This document shows, one piece after another, positions 1 through 9,305 of a stretch of DNA of 64,000 nt. The DNA is taken from positions 32,001-96,000 of the forward strand of contig JBHHYO010000002.1 of the NCBI GenBank assembly GCA_046757665.1, read 5' to 3'. The position numbers and the translations under genes are program-made. Under the pieces are notes generated by a model. It was not told the DNA's origin, did not search any database, and was given only the letters and a program-made list of their open reading frames with translations. Each line of letters opens with the position of its first letter. Position 1 is the stretch's first letter. Source of the DNA: Nitrospinales bacterium (lineage in GTDB: Bacteria; Nitrospinota; Nitrospinia; Nitrospinales; JAJDAT01).

Positions 1-710
1 TTTCCAACAGCCTGGGCGTCGCCGACGAGGGCGCACTGGGCCTTGAGGATTTTCTCTATATCGGCGGCTGGATTACCAAGGCCGTCGACATCCCCATCAT
101 CTGCGACGCAGATACCGGTTTCCAAAACATTGGAGAAACCGTAAGGACATATATTGAGGCGGGGTTTTCAGGATTACATATTGAGGACCAGATTTTCCCA
201 AAAAGGTGCGGTCATTTATCCGGAAAGGAAGTGATTGCAAGAGATGAGATGATTGCCAAAATAAAAGAAGCTTGCGCGGCCCGCGACCGGTACGATACGG
301 AATTTGTCATCATCGCCCGAACCGACGCGCGTGGCGCAACCAATATCGACAACGACTCCCAACTCAATGAATCCATCACGAGAGGAAAATTGTATCGGGA
401 CGCGGGAGCGGACATGATCTTTCCCGAGTCTCTCAGAAATAAAGACGAGTTCGCGGAGTATAGAAGCAAAGTTTCCGGCGACTTACTTGCCAACATGACG
501 GAATTCGGCAAAACACCTTACCTTAAGGCAAGGGAATTCATGGAACTGGGGTATAAAATCATTCTCTTCCCCGTTTCCCTGTTCAGATACCATGCCGGAC
601 AGACGAAATCTTTTCTCGCCAGGTTAAAAGAAGAGGGCAGTCAAAAGGAATTGACGCCGGAGATGATGCACAGGTCGGAAATTAACGACATCCTCAATTA
701 TAAGCCATAG
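1..710 (+). CDS. prpB: 2-methylisocitrate lyase (ICL/PEP-mutase family), 5' truncated by window edge
   Basis: Frame open from nt 3: ...DADTGF...LHIEDQIFPKRCGHLSGK...IARTDA...AGADMIFPE...LANMTEFGKTP; KRCGH motif is PrpB-type; next to a citrate synthase homologue. Confidence 0.85.
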   Translation, partial: SNSLGVADEGALGLEDFLYIGGWITKAVDIPIICDADTGFQNIGETVRTYIEAGFSGLHIEDQIFPKRCGHLSGKEVIARDEMIAKIKEACAARDRYDTEFVIIARTDARGATNIDNDSQLNESITRGKLYRDAGADMIFPESLRNKDEFAEYRSKVSGDLLANMTEFGKTPYLKAREFMELGYKIILFPVSLFRYHAGQTKSFLARLKEEGSQKELTPEMMHRSEINDILNYKP

Positions 711-719
711 GAACTGACA

Positions 720-1898
720 ATGAATACAATTGACACAGGTCTTGACGGTGTGCCCGTCTGCACCTCTGATATATCCCTGACAACATTGGGAGCGGATGGA
801 AACCCCATTCTCCTGTACCGGGGATACAGCATATTTGATCTTGTCAAAGGTTTTTTTGAAGAAAGCGTTTATCTGCTCCTTCAAGGCCATCTACCCAGTA
901 AGGACCAATTCGACGCTTTCACCCAGCAACTCAACACAAACCGCAGTCTCGGTCGACGAATCATCGAACACATGAAAAGTTATCCTGAAAATGTTCACAT
1001 GATGGACTTTCTCCTGACCACTCTGTCCTACGCGCGAATGTTCGATGAGGATTATCACAACCCTTTGTGGCAAAGCCCAAAGTCGGAGGCTGACAAGCTG
1101 GCAAACCTTATTCTCAAAACCGGGATGCGCATGGGCGCAAAGATTCCAACCATCATCGCCAATGGATACAGAATACAGAGCGGAAAACCCGTTGTTCCAC
1201 ACAACCCATCCTTGAACTACGCCGCCAATTTTCTGCACATGCTGGGCATCGAACCCGAAGACGAAGCGGTAAAAGCGCTGAACACCGTGCTTATTCTTTA
1301 TTTGGAGCACACCATCAACTGCTCCACCTTCGCCTCCCTGGTTGCGGAATCATCGGGAACGGACCCCTATTCACCTCTGCTGGCCGGGGGAATCTCTTTA
1401 AAGGGAGTCTTTCATGGCGGGGCAAATGAGTGCACGGCCGATATGCTGGAAGAAATCGGCAAACCGGAAAATGCCGAGGCATATATCCACGGCAAGCTAG
1501 AAAGAAAGGAAATCGTTCCCGGGTTCGGCCATCGCTTGAAACACTATAAAGATAATGTCGAATCAAGAGTACGCATCGCCGAAGGAATCGCCAGGCCGCT
1601 TGCGAAAAAAAGGGGGCAAGGTCATTTATTTGAGATCTATGACATCATCAGCCGGATCATGCACAACGAAAAGGGACGCACCCCAAATGCCGATTTGCCC
1701 ATCTGTATTCTTTTAAAAATCATCGGCGTGCCCAAAACCCTCAACACACCCCTGTTCCAGGCAAGCCGGCATTTCGGCTGGGTGGCCAACAACGTAAGAC
1801 AACGAAAGGCCAACGGCCCTTTATATCGACCCACGCAAAAATACACCGGCCCCGGCACGGATAAAATAAAAACTTATGTCCCCCTGGAAAAACGATGA
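720..1898 (+). CDS. prpC: citrate synthase family, probably 2-methylcitrate synthase
   Basis: GLDGV N-terminus, LYRGY, EHTINCSTF, HGGANE, GFGHR, PNAD, YRPTQKY motifs; follows prpB after 9 nt. Confidence 0.7.
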   Translation: MNTIDTGLDGVPVCTSDISLTTLGADGNPILLYRGYSIFDLVKGFFEESVYLLLQGHLPSKDQFDAFTQQLNTNRSLGRRIIEHMKSYPENVHMMDFLLTTLSYARMFDEDYHNPLWQSPKSEADKLANLILKTGMRMGAKIPTIIANGYRIQSGKPVVPHNPSLNYAANFLHMLGIEPEDEAVKALNTVLILYLEHTINCSTFASLVAESSGTDPYSPLLAGGISLKGVFHGGANECTADMLEEIGKPENAEAYIHGKLERKEIVPGFGHRLKHYKDNVESRVRIAEGIARPLAKKRGQGHLFEIYDIISRIMHNEKGRTPNADLPICILLKIIGVPKTLNTPLFQASRHFGWVANNVRQRKANGPLYRPTQKYTGPGTDKIKTYVPLEKR

Positions 1899-1904
1899 TT
1901 CAAA

Positions 1905-3206
1905 ATGACCCAACATAAAATTCGCGGTTTCATCGGTGTCAAAAGCAATGACGGCCACGACGCCGCCATTCTGGTCGTTGCCGACACCCTGAAAAAGGGT
2001 GGTATTGAAGTGATCCTTGGCGGTTATGATCTAAGCGTCGACAAATTTGTCGAAGCCATTATCCAGGAAGGCGTACATTTCGCCGGCATCAGTTCATACA
2101 ACGGCGGTCACATCCCCTTTTTCAAGGCGATAAAAAAAAATTTACAAAACCGTCATTACCCGCATATTCATCTGATCGGCGGCGGCGGAGCAACAATCAC
2201 ACCGGATGATATTGAACGTCTCGAATGCGAGGCCGGCATTGATAAAATTTTTCGAAGCGGCGAGGCAAACCTGATCGTACCATTTATCAACGACCATTAT
2301 GATTTTTCCGTTGTTCCCGACCATCCCGAAAAGCTTCTGAAGGATTTGCCGGAAGGTGACGTAGCGGCCATCTCCTGCTTGATGAATCTGGCCGAGGAAA
2401 AAGCTCGCCTGGATACTTTGCTCGACAAAAAGAAGGCGGAGCTGAACATTGCGGCCGATCCGCAACAAGCTCACCGATTACTGGATGAACCTCTTGAAGA
2501 AAACGGACCGACAGGACGGAAGGTATTCGAACAGTCGAAACGCTATGCGATCTGCTTGTCGAAACTGGACGGCCTGACCGACAAAGCCCCAACCAGGGTT
2601 TACGGAATAACCGGCCGTGGCGGGTCCGGCAAAAGCACCTTGCTGGATGAGATCATTCTTCGCTTCTTTCACGACAAGCGAATGAACGACAGAAAAATTG
2701 CCATCCTTGCCGTCGATCCCACCTCAGACCGTTCCGGCGGCGCTCTTCTGGCAGATCGCATCGCATACATGTATGCCACGGACAAAACCTGGGTCGATAC
2801 AAGTAGAATTTTTATACGAAGCGTCGCTTCACGCGGTTACGGCAACGGCGTCGCCCGGGCGCTTCCGGATATGGTGAAAATTTTGAAAACCGCCGGATAT
2901 GACGTGTTTATCGAATCCTACGGAACCGGTCAACCCGACACAGGAATTACCGGCTTGACCGACCAATCCATCCTTGTCATCACACCGGATATCGGCGGCG
3001 CATCGCAAATTGCCAAAGAGGAAATGCTGGGACTGCCGGAAGTCTACATTGTCCTGAACAAAAACGAACTTCGCGGCGCAAGACACGTCATAAGCTTATT
3101 GCAAGGCAAGGTCAGCGACGACCGGTTGTTCCTCACAACCGCCATCCAGCATCGCAATTCCGGTGTCGACCGACTTTATCAATCGCTAACCGAAGGACAT
3201 GTCTGA
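1905..3206 (+). CDS. cobalamin-binding domain + MeaB-type GTPase (N-terminal half of an IcmF-like mutase)
   Basis: DGHDAA and SSYNGGH B12-binding motifs; P-loop GITGRGGSGKST, AVDPTS, GGALLADRI, RSVASRG, NKNE. Confidence 0.85.
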   Translation: MTQHKIRGFIGVKSNDGHDAAILVVADTLKKGGIEVILGGYDLSVDKFVEAIIQEGVHFAGISSYNGGHIPFFKAIKKNLQNRHYPHIHLIGGGGATITPDDIERLECEAGIDKIFRSGEANLIVPFINDHYDFSVVPDHPEKLLKDLPEGDVAAISCLMNLAEEKARLDTLLDKKKAELNIAADPQQAHRLLDEPLEENGPTGRKVFEQSKRYAICLSKLDGLTDKAPTRVYGITGRGGSGKSTLLDEIILRFFHDKRMNDRKIAILAVDPTSDRSGGALLADRIAYMYATDKTWVDTSRIFIRSVASRGYGNGVARALPDMVKILKTAGYDVFIESYGTGQPDTGITGLTDQSILVITPDIGGASQIAKEEMLGLPEVYIVLNKNELRGARHVISLLQGKVSDDRLFLTTAIQHRNSGVDRLYQSLTEGHV

Positions 3207-4950
3207 GATGTCCCTGGCCGAAATTATCAATGCAAATGAAAATTATAATCGATCCGTCGAAGCCTCAGTGGAAAAGGCCAAAAAGAACCGGGCCTACCAA
3301 AATAAACTCCAGCGGGAATGGGATGAAAAACGACACACCATCGTATCGCACAAATTGCCGACAGGAATTGACGTCCCCCTGATTGCGGTTCCCTGTATGG
3401 ACCATCCGGCACAGATAGCCCGTTACCAAGGAGAATGGGGGTTTCCGGGAGAGTTTCCATACGGTTTATCCATTTATCCAAAAACTTTCCTGATTATTGA
3501 CGGAAAGCGCGAGCACGAAGAACCCACCAGGATATTCGCGGGCCTTGGATCTCCCGAAATGACCAACGCCCGATTTCATCTCATCATGGGGCAACAACAA
3601 TCCAGGCGGCTGAGCACCGCATTCGATACCAATACTCTGCTGGGAAGAAGCGCCGACAACCCCGATTACCTCCTGGACGTCGGCGAGGGCGGCGTATCGG
3701 TTTCAACCTACCAGGATATTCTCACGCTATATAACGGTTTTTTTTCGGACGATGCCAGCATCTCCATGACGATCAACGGCCCTTCCCTTTGGATGACCGC
3801 CGCCCGTTTTCAAGCGGCCAGAGAACGCGGACAGAATTTGAAAAAAATCCGGGGAACCTCGCAAACCGATCCGTGCAAGGAAGATGACGCCCAAAACGAA
3901 CTGCTTTTTCCCCTGGATAAATCCATCAAGCTGGCAATGGACATGTTTGAATGGTGTGCGCAAAACACCCCATCTTATTATCCGATCAATGTCAGCGGTT
4001 ACCATATCGAACAAAAAGGCGCCACGCCGATCCAACAAGCCGCCTTCACCCTGGCAAACGGATTCGTTTATGTCGATGCCGCTTTGCAACGCGGAATGAG
4101 CATCAATTCCATCGGCAAGCGTCTTCCTTTCTTTTACACATCGGGGATGGAAATCGAATACATCGCCCTGTTAAGCGCCGTGAGAAGAATCTGGGCGGTA
4201 GCCTTACGGGATGTCTATGGCGCGGATGACCCGGCCGCGCAAAAATTGAAGGCCCACGTACAAACATCCGGAAGAAGCCTGTACGAGCGGGAAATCCGGA
4301 ATAACATCACTCGGACGGCTCTCGAATTATTTCATGCTTTGTTGAATTATCCGCAAGCCCTCCACAGCAATTCGTATGATGAACCAATCACGACACCCAC
4401 GGAAGAAGCCGTTCGCATTGCCTCAGATGCGCAAGCTATCCTGTTTGAAGAAATGGGCGGATTCAAGGATATGATGGCGCACTTAAGCGACGGCTCCGGG
4501 CGAATGCAAGTTTATCATTTGGTCATGAAAGGTGTTCTGGATTATTTCCGGCAAATTGACGAATTCGGCGGCACCCTGCAGGCAAAAGCCGACGGATTTT
4601 TCCGCGACGAAATCGCACAATCATCCGCCTTGTACGACAAACAGGTGCACACCGGTGAAAGACGGATTATTGCGATCAATCGCTACCGGCAAGGGCGGAA
4701 AGAAAACAAGGCCGTCCCGCGCGTGGAAATTCCATGGGACCTCAAACAAAAGCGTTTTGAAGACGTAAAACGGTTCAAGAGCCAAAGGGACCAAAGAAAA
4801 GTCAAAGAAAAAATCCTGCAATTGCAAAACACGGCGGACAAGGACGACAATATCTTTGAGATAACACTGGAAATCGTTAAGGACGTAACCATTGATGAAT
4901 GGACCCGAGCCCTTCAAGAAGTTTATGGAATGTATCGAAGAAAAATTTAG
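3199..4950 (+). CDS. acyl-CoA mutase substrate-binding domain (C-terminal half of an IcmF-like isobutyryl-CoA mutase)
   Basis: PGEFPY, PTRIFAG, RLSTAFD, SMTING, SGYHI, FTLANGF, HVQTSGRSL, LHSNSYDEPITTPT match IcmF/MCM motifs; start 3199 or 3208 (AAGGA at 3193-3197 suits 3208). Confidence 0.85.
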   Translation: MSEMSLAEIINANENYNRSVEASVEKAKKNRAYQNKLQREWDEKRHTIVSHKLPTGIDVPLIAVPCMDHPAQIARYQGEWGFPGEFPYGLSIYPKTFLIIDGKREHEEPTRIFAGLGSPEMTNARFHLIMGQQQSRRLSTAFDTNTLLGRSADNPDYLLDVGEGGVSVSTYQDILTLYNGFFSDDASISMTINGPSLWMTAARFQAARERGQNLKKIRGTSQTDPCKEDDAQNELLFPLDKSIKLAMDMFEWCAQNTPSYYPINVSGYHIEQKGATPIQQAAFTLANGFVYVDAALQRGMSINSIGKRLPFFYTSGMEIEYIALLSAVRRIWAVALRDVYGADDPAAQKLKAHVQTSGRSLYEREIRNNITRTALELFHALLNYPQALHSNSYDEPITTPTEEAVRIASDAQAILFEEMGGFKDMMAHLSDGSGRMQVYHLVMKGVLDYFRQIDEFGGTLQAKADGFFRDEIAQSSALYDKQVHTGERRIIAINRYRQGRKENKAVPRVEIPWDLKQKRFEDVKRFKSQRDQRKVKEKILQLQNTADKDDNIFEITLEIVKDVTIDEWTRALQEVYGMYRRKI

Positions 4951-5098
4951 CCCTCCAGCCGGTGGTTGCCCCGACCACGAAAAATCCATGGCCGGCAAGT
5001 CGCTTTCCCCGCTAATTTTTCACCTTTTTCTTCCCCTCCTTTCCTCCAGGAGCGTTACAATAATAAAAAGGAAATCATTTCACCTCTACTCCCAATAA

Positions 5099-5114
5099 CC
5101 TGAAAATTTTCAGG
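5099..5114. promoter_or_regulatory. perfect 16-bp palindrome CCTGAAAATTTTCAGG, candidate operator
   Basis: Self-complementary; 37 nt upstream of the 5152 start, which has AGGAGG at 5142-5147. Confidence 0.35.
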
Positions 5115-5151
5115 AGCCAGTTTCGATTCCAATTTTAATTTAGGAGGTATT

Positions 5152-5970
5152 ATGAGCCGCCTAATGTATAGAACATTCGATATTTTTTGGCATGGGATCC
5201 AAAAGAACGTCCACAATCATCCTGTCATTACCCGCAATCCTTATTGCAAATGGTTTAAACAAGGGGAAATAAGCCACAACCAAATGGTCAACTTGTTTGA
5301 ACAGTTTGCCGTCTTCTCCAAGTGGTTTTTGCTGGCCCAATTGATGCGAGTCCTCCACGCATCAGACATTGAAGCTGAAACGCACGCCCGGTTTATTTTA
5401 GCCAATGAATTAGGAGTTGGAATAAATCCGGACGGGTCAACGGAAAACCAGCCGTTCAAAACTCCCTGGGCGCATATCAATTGGCTACGTGAAACCGCAA
5501 AACCTCTCAAACTGAATACGCAAATACTAGGGAATTGGGAAACCGCTTCACCTTCCACCCGGCATTTCATCGGTTCACTTGAAAAAACCTACGGAAGCAA
5601 AGATGCTGAAATCAGCCGAGGCGCGAGCTACGCCATCGAAACCTGGGCCGCATGGGGTATTGGCAAGGGAGAAGAACACGAATCCAACAACTTCTGGAAA
5701 GAGCTGATCACAGGTATTGAGCGATATAACGAAACGAACCACCTAAATGGAAACCGCGCTATCCCCCTCGATTTTTTCCTTTTCCATTTCAACAGTGAAA
5801 AAAGACACGGCGACAATGTGCTTGATGAAATGAAGACCTCTTTTCACAGCCCACGCTTTAATGCCCAAAAGTTTTTTAAAGGAGCCCATCAGGCGCTGGA
5901 GGCCATATATACATTCTGGCTTGGCCTGGACAAAACAAGAAAAGCTATCGGCAAAAAATCGGCCGCATGA
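5152..5970 (+). CDS. heme-oxygenase-like diiron oxidase (HDO; TenA/PqqC/CADD fold), function unknown
   Basis: HP..NPY N-terminus, NELG...AH, AIE and HFNSEKRH (HxxxExxH) ligand pattern, C-terminal FW; strong RBS. Confidence 0.7.
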   Translation: MSRLMYRTFDIFWHGIQKNVHNHPVITRNPYCKWFKQGEISHNQMVNLFEQFAVFSKWFLLAQLMRVLHASDIEAETHARFILANELGVGINPDGSTENQPFKTPWAHINWLRETAKPLKLNTQILGNWETASPSTRHFIGSLEKTYGSKDAEISRGASYAIETWAAWGIGKGEEHESNNFWKELITGIERYNETNHLNGNRAIPLDFFLFHFNSEKRHGDNVLDEMKTSFHSPRFNAQKFFKGAHQALEAIYTFWLGLDKTRKAIGKKSAA

Positions 5971-6149
5971 TTTTTTTAGTGAAAGCGTTTCCAGCAAAAG
6001 AATCCCCATTGGACAAGTGATCATCCTAAATTCAAGACCATCCTTGGAGGCGCAACCTCAACAAGGCACTGAAAAGCCTCAAAATGTATCAGCTTTAAGA
6101 TTCACACTCCGCGTCAAGTTTCTCACCAACCCGGAAAGTTTTGAATATC

Positions 6150-7283
6150 ATGTCACACGGATCATCCTTAGGCATAAACAAACTATTTTCCATCGAATTT
6201 GTTGTTGATTTTTTCGATCGCTCCCGCAATTTCTACGCAAAAAAAATGGGCTTTGTAGAAACCCACCATTCCACTCCGGAATGGGAGGCTCTGTTCCACA
6301 GCAAGGGAGTTTTTTTCACTGCAAACGACATCAGAGTATTGGTTGTATCTCCAACGTCATCGCACGGATACACGGCCGAATTCTTAAAAATTCTTTCCCC
6401 GGGGATACGAAGAGTCACTTTTCAAGTGAGCGACCTGGATAAGACGATCGATTACCTGGCTGATCACGATGCAACTTTTCTCCACGGCGACAAGGAATTT
6501 TTTTCTAAAAACACCCGTCACCGCTTTATCACCATAACCACGCCAATTGGTTTCCTGGAATTTACCTTCTTGCAAATCGACGGAGACGAGGACGAAATTC
6601 CCATGTTTGAAAAAATCGAATCAGCCCCTGCCTCACCAATGCCTTCCTATTTGAAAATCGATCATTTGACCATTAACTCGCGGACTCTTTACCCGGTCAG
6701 TCATTTTTTCGAACATGTAATGGATTTAAAAAAATTCTGGACGGTGGCATTTCATACGCCAGATTTTAAATCCGGAAAAAAGGGAACCGGATTATCATCA
6801 AAAGTGATGTGGGATCCTCAGTCGAAAATAAAATTCGCCACCAACGATCCTCTTTACCCTCATTTCAACAGTTCGCAAATCCAGACTTTTATCAACCAGA
6901 ATCACGGAGCCGGCATCCAGCACATTGCCCTGGAAGTTGATAATTTAATCGATACCGCAAGAACTCTGCGGTCCCGCGGCATCGAATTTTTGGATACGCC
7001 CGACAGTTATTACAACCTTTTGCCGGAAAGGATGAAGACGCTTAATATCGGCGAATTAAAAGAGGACCTGGAGGAACTGAAATCCGAACGCATCCTCGTG
7101 GATGGAAAAAACGGGAACTACCTGCTACAAATATTTTTAAAAGATGCTTCCCTCCTTTACCACGAGGAAAAAGCCGGACCGTTCTTCTATGAACTGATCC
7201 AGCGCCACGGCCACGAGGGTTTTGGCGAAGGAAATTTTCGAGCTTTGTTTGAAGCGATTGAGTATCAGGCTCCCCACTCATGA
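6150..7283 (+). CDS. hppD: 4-hydroxyphenylpyruvate dioxygenase
   Basis: IDHL, GLSSKV, SQIQTF, GAGIQHIAL, YLLQIF, FFYELIQR...GFGEGNFRALFEAIE; start 6141 or 6150. Confidence 0.93.
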   Translation: MSHGSSLGINKLFSIEFVVDFFDRSRNFYAKKMGFVETHHSTPEWEALFHSKGVFFTANDIRVLVVSPTSSHGYTAEFLKILSPGIRRVTFQVSDLDKTIDYLADHDATFLHGDKEFFSKNTRHRFITITTPIGFLEFTFLQIDGDEDEIPMFEKIESAPASPMPSYLKIDHLTINSRTLYPVSHFFEHVMDLKKFWTVAFHTPDFKSGKKGTGLSSKVMWDPQSKIKFATNDPLYPHFNSSQIQTFINQNHGAGIQHIALEVDNLIDTARTLRSRGIEFLDTPDSYYNLLPERMKTLNIGELKEDLEELKSERILVDGKNGNYLLQIFLKDASLLYHEEKAGPFFYELIQRHGHEGFGEGNFRALFEAIEYQAPHS

Positions 7284-8131
7284 AACTACTACGGTATAAA
7301 ACCAAAGAGGGTCGGCAAAACCACGGTATTTTAGTAGATCAATCTATTTTCCCATTGGTCGATTTGAGCACTACCGAGGCGCTTAGCCAACCCGACTTAA
7401 TAAATAGTCATGGGAAGCGGATTATGCAACAACCACCCGTCTCCATCGGAGATGTCACTTTGTTGCCGCCGGTTGAAAACCCCGGCGCTTTTTTGGATTT
7501 TTACACATTTGAGGAGCATGTTAAAAACGCCCGCAAAAAACGCGGCTTGGACATGGTAGCAGAGTGGTACCAATTCCCCGTTTGGTATAATGGGTCGCCC
7601 CGTTGTTTTAGCGGGGACCGCTCTACAGTCATTTTTCCCGCAAACGAGAATAAGAAGGATTTTGAGCTGGAACTCGCCATCGTTCTTAAAAAAAAATGCT
7701 CCAAAGTAAATGTGGAGCAAGCTTCGGAATATATCGGCGGGTATACCATCTTGAACGATTTTTCGGCCAGGGAGTTGCAAGGAAAAATCATGCGTATTGG
7801 GCTTGGCCCCGCCAAGGCCAAGGATTTTAGCACCGGTCTGGGCCCTTATCTGGTCACCCCGGATGAAATCGGCGATCCCCGAAACCTGAAAATGCGGGCT
7901 TGGGTCAACGGTCAATTGTGGTCGGAGGGTAACAGCGGCACGTCTCACTACACGTTTGAAGAGATGATTGCTTTCGCTTCCGAATATCAAACATTATATC
8001 CTGGGGATGTTCTGGCAAGCGGAACTGTAGGGTCCGGATGCGGTTTGGAACAAGACCGGTTTCTGAACAAGGGCGATCAAGTTGTGCTGGAAATCGAAGG
8101 TATCGGCAAACTGACTCATTTTGTGGGGTAA
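7280..8131 (+). CDS. fumarylacetoacetate hydrolase family protein (likely fumarylacetoacetase)
   Basis: DFYTFEEHV, DFELELA, NDFSARELQ, KAKDF, PGDVLASGT; ATGA overlap with hppD. Confidence 0.85.
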   Translation: MKLLRYKTKEGRQNHGILVDQSIFPLVDLSTTEALSQPDLINSHGKRIMQQPPVSIGDVTLLPPVENPGAFLDFYTFEEHVKNARKKRGLDMVAEWYQFPVWYNGSPRCFSGDRSTVIFPANENKKDFELELAIVLKKKCSKVNVEQASEYIGGYTILNDFSARELQGKIMRIGLGPAKAKDFSTGLGPYLVTPDEIGDPRNLKMRAWVNGQLWSEGNSGTSHYTFEEMIAFASEYQTLYPGDVLASGTVGSGCGLEQDRFLNKGDQVVLEIEGIGKLTHFVG

Positions 8132-8135
8132 TCCT

Positions 8136-9305
8136 ATGTTGAAATATTTACAATTTGGTTCGATTCCACCCCGGCGTCATATCGCACATTACAACGGCAA
8201 CCAACTTTTGAACGAATATTGCTTCACCCGCGAGGGTTTTGAACAGCCTCACTCCACCCTGTACCTTTATAATCCGCCCACGGGGGAAACAGCTTGCGAA
8301 GCCTACCCAGAGGCCTTGTGGGCCAATCCAACCAAACGAAGAGATCCTCTTTTGCAAAGAAGACACTTTAAAAGTGGACTTTTTCCTCCGCAAAAGAATT
8401 TCATCACCGGACGCACAATCCTCGCGTTTAACCAACACCTGCGCTACGGCCTGTGTCATCCGCAATCCCACGAGAACAGTTTTTTTGCCAATAATGACGG
8501 GGATGAATTGTTTTTTCTTTTCGCGGGCGATATTGAGGTTCAGTCCCTGTTCGGCAAGCTTCAGCTAACGGCGGGGGATTATTTGATCATTCCCCGGTCT
8601 TGCCCCTACCGATTCAGCTTTTCCCAATCGCCCCAGTTGCTTTACGTCGAGGCAAGAGGCCAAGTCCGGATTCCCCGGGCCTACTGCAACGATGCGGGGC
8701 AATTAAACATGGACGCCCCTTATTCCGAACGTAGCTTTAAAACCCCGAGCTGGGACAATCTTTTATTTGAAAACGACGACGCAACGACGATCATCCGCAA
8801 ACGCCAGAAGCAATTCACCAAAACTGTTTACGAAAAAAACTTTTTCAAAATGACCGGTTGGGACGGCTACGTCTATCCCCTGGCCATCAATTTAAAAAAC
8901 ATTCAACCCAAAACCGGCAGAGTTCATCTTCCCCCCTCATCCCACATGACTTTTGCCGGAGAGGGTTTTGCCGTCATGAGCTTCCTGCCCAGGATACTCG
9001 ACTTTGACAAGGAAGCCATCCCTTGTCCGTTTTACCACTCGTCCGTGAATTGCGACGAACTCCTTTTCTACTACTCTGGAAATTTTACCAGCCGGAAAAA
9101 CATCGGCAAAGGTTCCATCAGTTTTCATCCGTCGGGCATTCCCCATGGCCCACACCCCGGAGCCTACGAAAAATCCATTGGACTCAAGAAAACGGAAGAG
9201 GAAGCGGTCATGGTCGATACTTTCGATCCCTTGTTCCTGACCGAAGAAAGCCAGGCACTGGAGGACCCTGATTATCCTGCCAGCTGGAGGAATGACCAAC
9301 CATGA
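8136..9305 (+). CDS. hmgA: homogentisate 1,2-dioxygenase
   Basis: NDGDEL, GWDGYVYP, RVHLPP, PFYHSSVNCDE, HPSGIPHGPHPG, AVMVDTFDPL, YPASW. Confidence 0.92.
   Translation: MLKYLQFGSIPPRRHIAHYNGNQLLNEYCFTREGFEQPHSTLYLYNPPTGETACEAYPEALWANPTKRRDPLLQRRHFKSGLFPPQKNFITGRTILAFNQHLRYGLCHPQSHENSFFANNDGDELFFLFAGDIEVQSLFGKLQLTAGDYLIIPRSCPYRFSFSQSPQLLYVEARGQVRIPRAYCNDAGQLNMDAPYSERSFKTPSWDNLLFENDDATTIIRKRQKQFTKTVYEKNFFKMTGWDGYVYPLAINLKNIQPKTGRVHLPPSSHMTFAGEGFAVMSFLPRILDFDKEAIPCPFYHSSVNCDELLFYYSGNFTSRKNIGKGSISFHPSGIPHGPHPGAYEKSIGLKKTEEEAVMVDTFDPLFLTEESQALEDPDYPASWRNDQP

Noticed and set aside
3199-4950. Ordinary methylmalonyl-CoA mutase
   Set aside because: Has Phe and Gln at the positions where MCM has Tyr and Arg, and IcmF-type motifs throughout.
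6150-7283. Hydroxymandelate synthase / natural-product cluster interpretation
   Set aside because: Adjacent hmgA, FAH and acetoacetate ligase indicate homogentisate catabolism; no NRPS or PKS genes.
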